DNA from: Planctomycetota bacterium
GTDB taxonomy: Bacteria; Planctomycetota; SZUA-567; H5-PLA8
Assembly (NCBI GenBank): GCA_035308565.1
Contig: DATGGK010000241.1
Coordinates: forward strand, 3,146 to 67,145
Direction: 5' to 3'
Length of the DNA stretch: 64,000 nt
The notes beneath the pieces are model-generated. The model was not told the DNA's origin. It ran no database searches and was given only the letters and a program-made list of their open reading frames with translations. The translations under genes and the position numbers were made by a program. Of the stretch, positions 62,788 to 64,000 are shown piece by piece; the stretch's first letter is position 1, and every line of letters starts with the position of its first letter.

Positions 62788-62847
62788 GAATGTGGAATGT
62801 GGAATGTGGAATGTGGAATGTGGAATTGTGGATGTGGAATGTGAATG
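62788..62847 (+). repeat. (GGAATGT)n heptamer array between the tRNA-Leu 5' side and the next start codon
   Basis: GAATGTGGAATGTGGAATGTGGAATGTGGAATTGTGGATGTGGAATGTGAATG runs into the ATG at 62845. Confidence 0.9.
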
Positions 62848-63411
62848 AGGGAAGCGAGAATTCCTTTGCGTAATCTTGTGAAATGGGTTGCGTTTCTGGC
62901 AATCGGGATCGGAACGGTTGCCGCCGTCAATATACTGGGCGGGAGATTTAACGCGCCTCGGGCGGCGCGGGCAGTCGCGATGTGCGGAATATCGCTGAGT
63001 GTGTTTGCTTGGCTGTTTGTACCGTATGTGCGATTCTATCTATCCGAACTGCTGGTGGTGGTGCTCGCGCTGGGCACGACGATGACGATGATCGTGAATC
63101 TCGTTAACTCGCAGGGGCCCGAGGTTTTTTTGTTAGCGTTATTTGTTGGGACGACAATGCCTTTCATTGCGTTTTGGGTCGTCGATCACAGAAGGAAGCC
63201 GTCGGAACGAGCCGGAGATGCGCGCTCAGCGAAACCGACAGAAGAAGAGAGTCTGTTATTGCGACGAGCCACAACCAACGTGCTCATTATTGGATTAGCG
63301 TCAATCATGGCCGTACAAGGATGCTTGATTATTCCAGTATTCTTATTTGGGGCCATCGGTGTGATCGGGCTAATTATGGATTTGCGAAAGTATTTTCGCG
63401 CCAAAAAATGA
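62845..63411 (+). CDS. multi-pass membrane protein of unknown function, more AT-rich
   Basis: At least four hydrophobic helices. No recognisable motif. Confidence 0.6.
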   Translation: MREARIPLRNLVKWVAFLAIGIGTVAAVNILGGRFNAPRAARAVAMCGISLSVFAWLFVPYVRFYLSELLVVVLALGTTMTMIVNLVNSQGPEVFLLALFVGTTMPFIAFWVVDHRRKPSERAGDARSAKPTEEESLLLRRATTNVLIIGLASIMAVQGCLIIPVFLFGAIGVIGLIMDLRKYFRAKK

Positions 63412-63644
63412 AGCGCGGTGCGGATTCTTGGGTTGGGCTGGGTGCAATTGAGTTCTTCGCTGTTGCTCCTGCCGTTCATGCGATTTTATCTTTGCGAATT
63501 GCTGCTTGTGGCGGCTGACAGCCCGTGTTACTTAACTATGTGCAATTTTGCCCGCGATTGCGAAATGGTGTTTGGCGGTGTATTGGAAAGCGTCGATAAA
63601 AGTTCGGGCCGGCGGGGACGCCGGCGGTACAGGGGTTAACACCA

Positions 63645-64000
63645 ATGCCGCACATTGAAATTCCACGGACTCGGCGCGATTTTCTCGCGAAGTCGGGGGC
63701 GGGGTTTGGCGCGCTGGCAGCCAGCTACCTGCTGGGGTTGAGCGACATTGTCGTCGCCGACGAGATTCCAAAAGGCGAGTTGGGTAACCCACTGGCGCCG
63801 AAGAAGCCGATGTTTCCTTGCAAGGCCAAAAGCGTCATCTTCCTCTTTATGGAGGGCGGGCCGAGCGCCATCGACACGTTCGATCCGAAGCCGAAGGTCA
63901 ACGAGCTGGCCGGGCAGCCGTTGCCGCCAAGTTTCAAGCGGCCGATTACGGCGATGGGCGAATCCGGGTCGCCGCTGCTGGCGTCGAAGCGAAAATGGAA
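63645..64000 (+). CDS. DUF1501-family (sulfatase-fold) protein with twin-arginine signal, 3'-partial
   Basis: ATG 63645. The frame is open to the window end (it is absent from the ORF track because no stop is reached). TRRDFLAKSGAGFGALAA Tat leader and the family hallmark VIFLFMEGGPSAIDTFDPKP. Confidence 0.85.
   Translation, partial: MPHIEIPRTRRDFLAKSGAGFGALAASYLLGLSDIVVADEIPKGELGNPLAPKKPMFPCKAKSVIFLFMEGGPSAIDTFDPKPKVNELAGQPLPPSFKRPITAMGESGSPLLASKRKW

Noticed and set aside
61692-62930. Full 412-aa ORF as listed for the epimerase gene.
   Set aside because: Its N-terminal 115 codons run across the tRNA-Leu gene and the GGAATGT microsatellite (translated as HIPHSTFHIPHS...). The Rossmann-fold opening MNILISGSTGLVGS at ATG 62585 is the credible start.
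63418-63639. 73-aa ORF as a real gene.
   Set aside because: It is only a partial, degenerate echo of the preceding membrane-protein gene, followed by an Arg-rich tail. It is treated as a duplicated fragment rather than a CDS.

Overview
This is a GC-rich bacterial chromosomal segment. The gene content suggests the PVC superphylum (Planctomycetota or Verrucomicrobiota): a DUF1501 protein with a twin-arginine leader, RYSLRTLL-type N-termini, a 3061-aa multidomain secreted protein, and many secreted polysaccharide-lyase or esterase-like proteins. This placement is an inference. About 45 protein genes are supported, plus one tRNA-Leu(CAG).

Housekeeping genes:
- lptD, proB, can, rnhA and pyrF
- an aldehyde dehydrogenase and a ClC channel
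- a 1.19-kaa P-loop enzyme

Accessory material interleaved with these:
- Two paralogous tail-fibre-repeat surface proteins (1-6802).
- A 1.2-kb ORF-free region (6803-8037) carrying 10 same-orientation copies of a GTGCAA-core motif.
- Three intact type II toxin-antitoxin pairs (yefM-yoeB, mazEF-like, higBA) and one truncated HTH antitoxin.
- A 6.6-kb more AT-rich islet between two convergent FtsX-type permease genes.

Observations most worth follow-up:
1. A three-gene operon (49723-52413) whose first gene appears to fuse a DprA/SLOG-like Rossmann domain to an AbiGi-like domain, followed by a NUDIX hydrolase. This is a candidate nucleotide-sensing conflict module.
2. The GTGCAA motif array.
3. 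A mazEF-like cassette flanked by a ~97% identical duplication of the 3' end of the permease gene.
4. A family of CACTGGTAG palindromes punctuating the islet.
5. A REP-like hairpin pair embedded in frame inside a conserved enzyme gene.
6. An in-frame TAA splitting a thioredoxin-PDZ gene inside a PDZ motif.
7. Period-7 microsatellite arrays at gene boundaries, one of which is a canonical G-quadruplex motif.

No rRNA, CRISPR array, integrase, transposase or phage structural module was seen. All functional calls come from reading motifs in the supplied translations. No database search was run.
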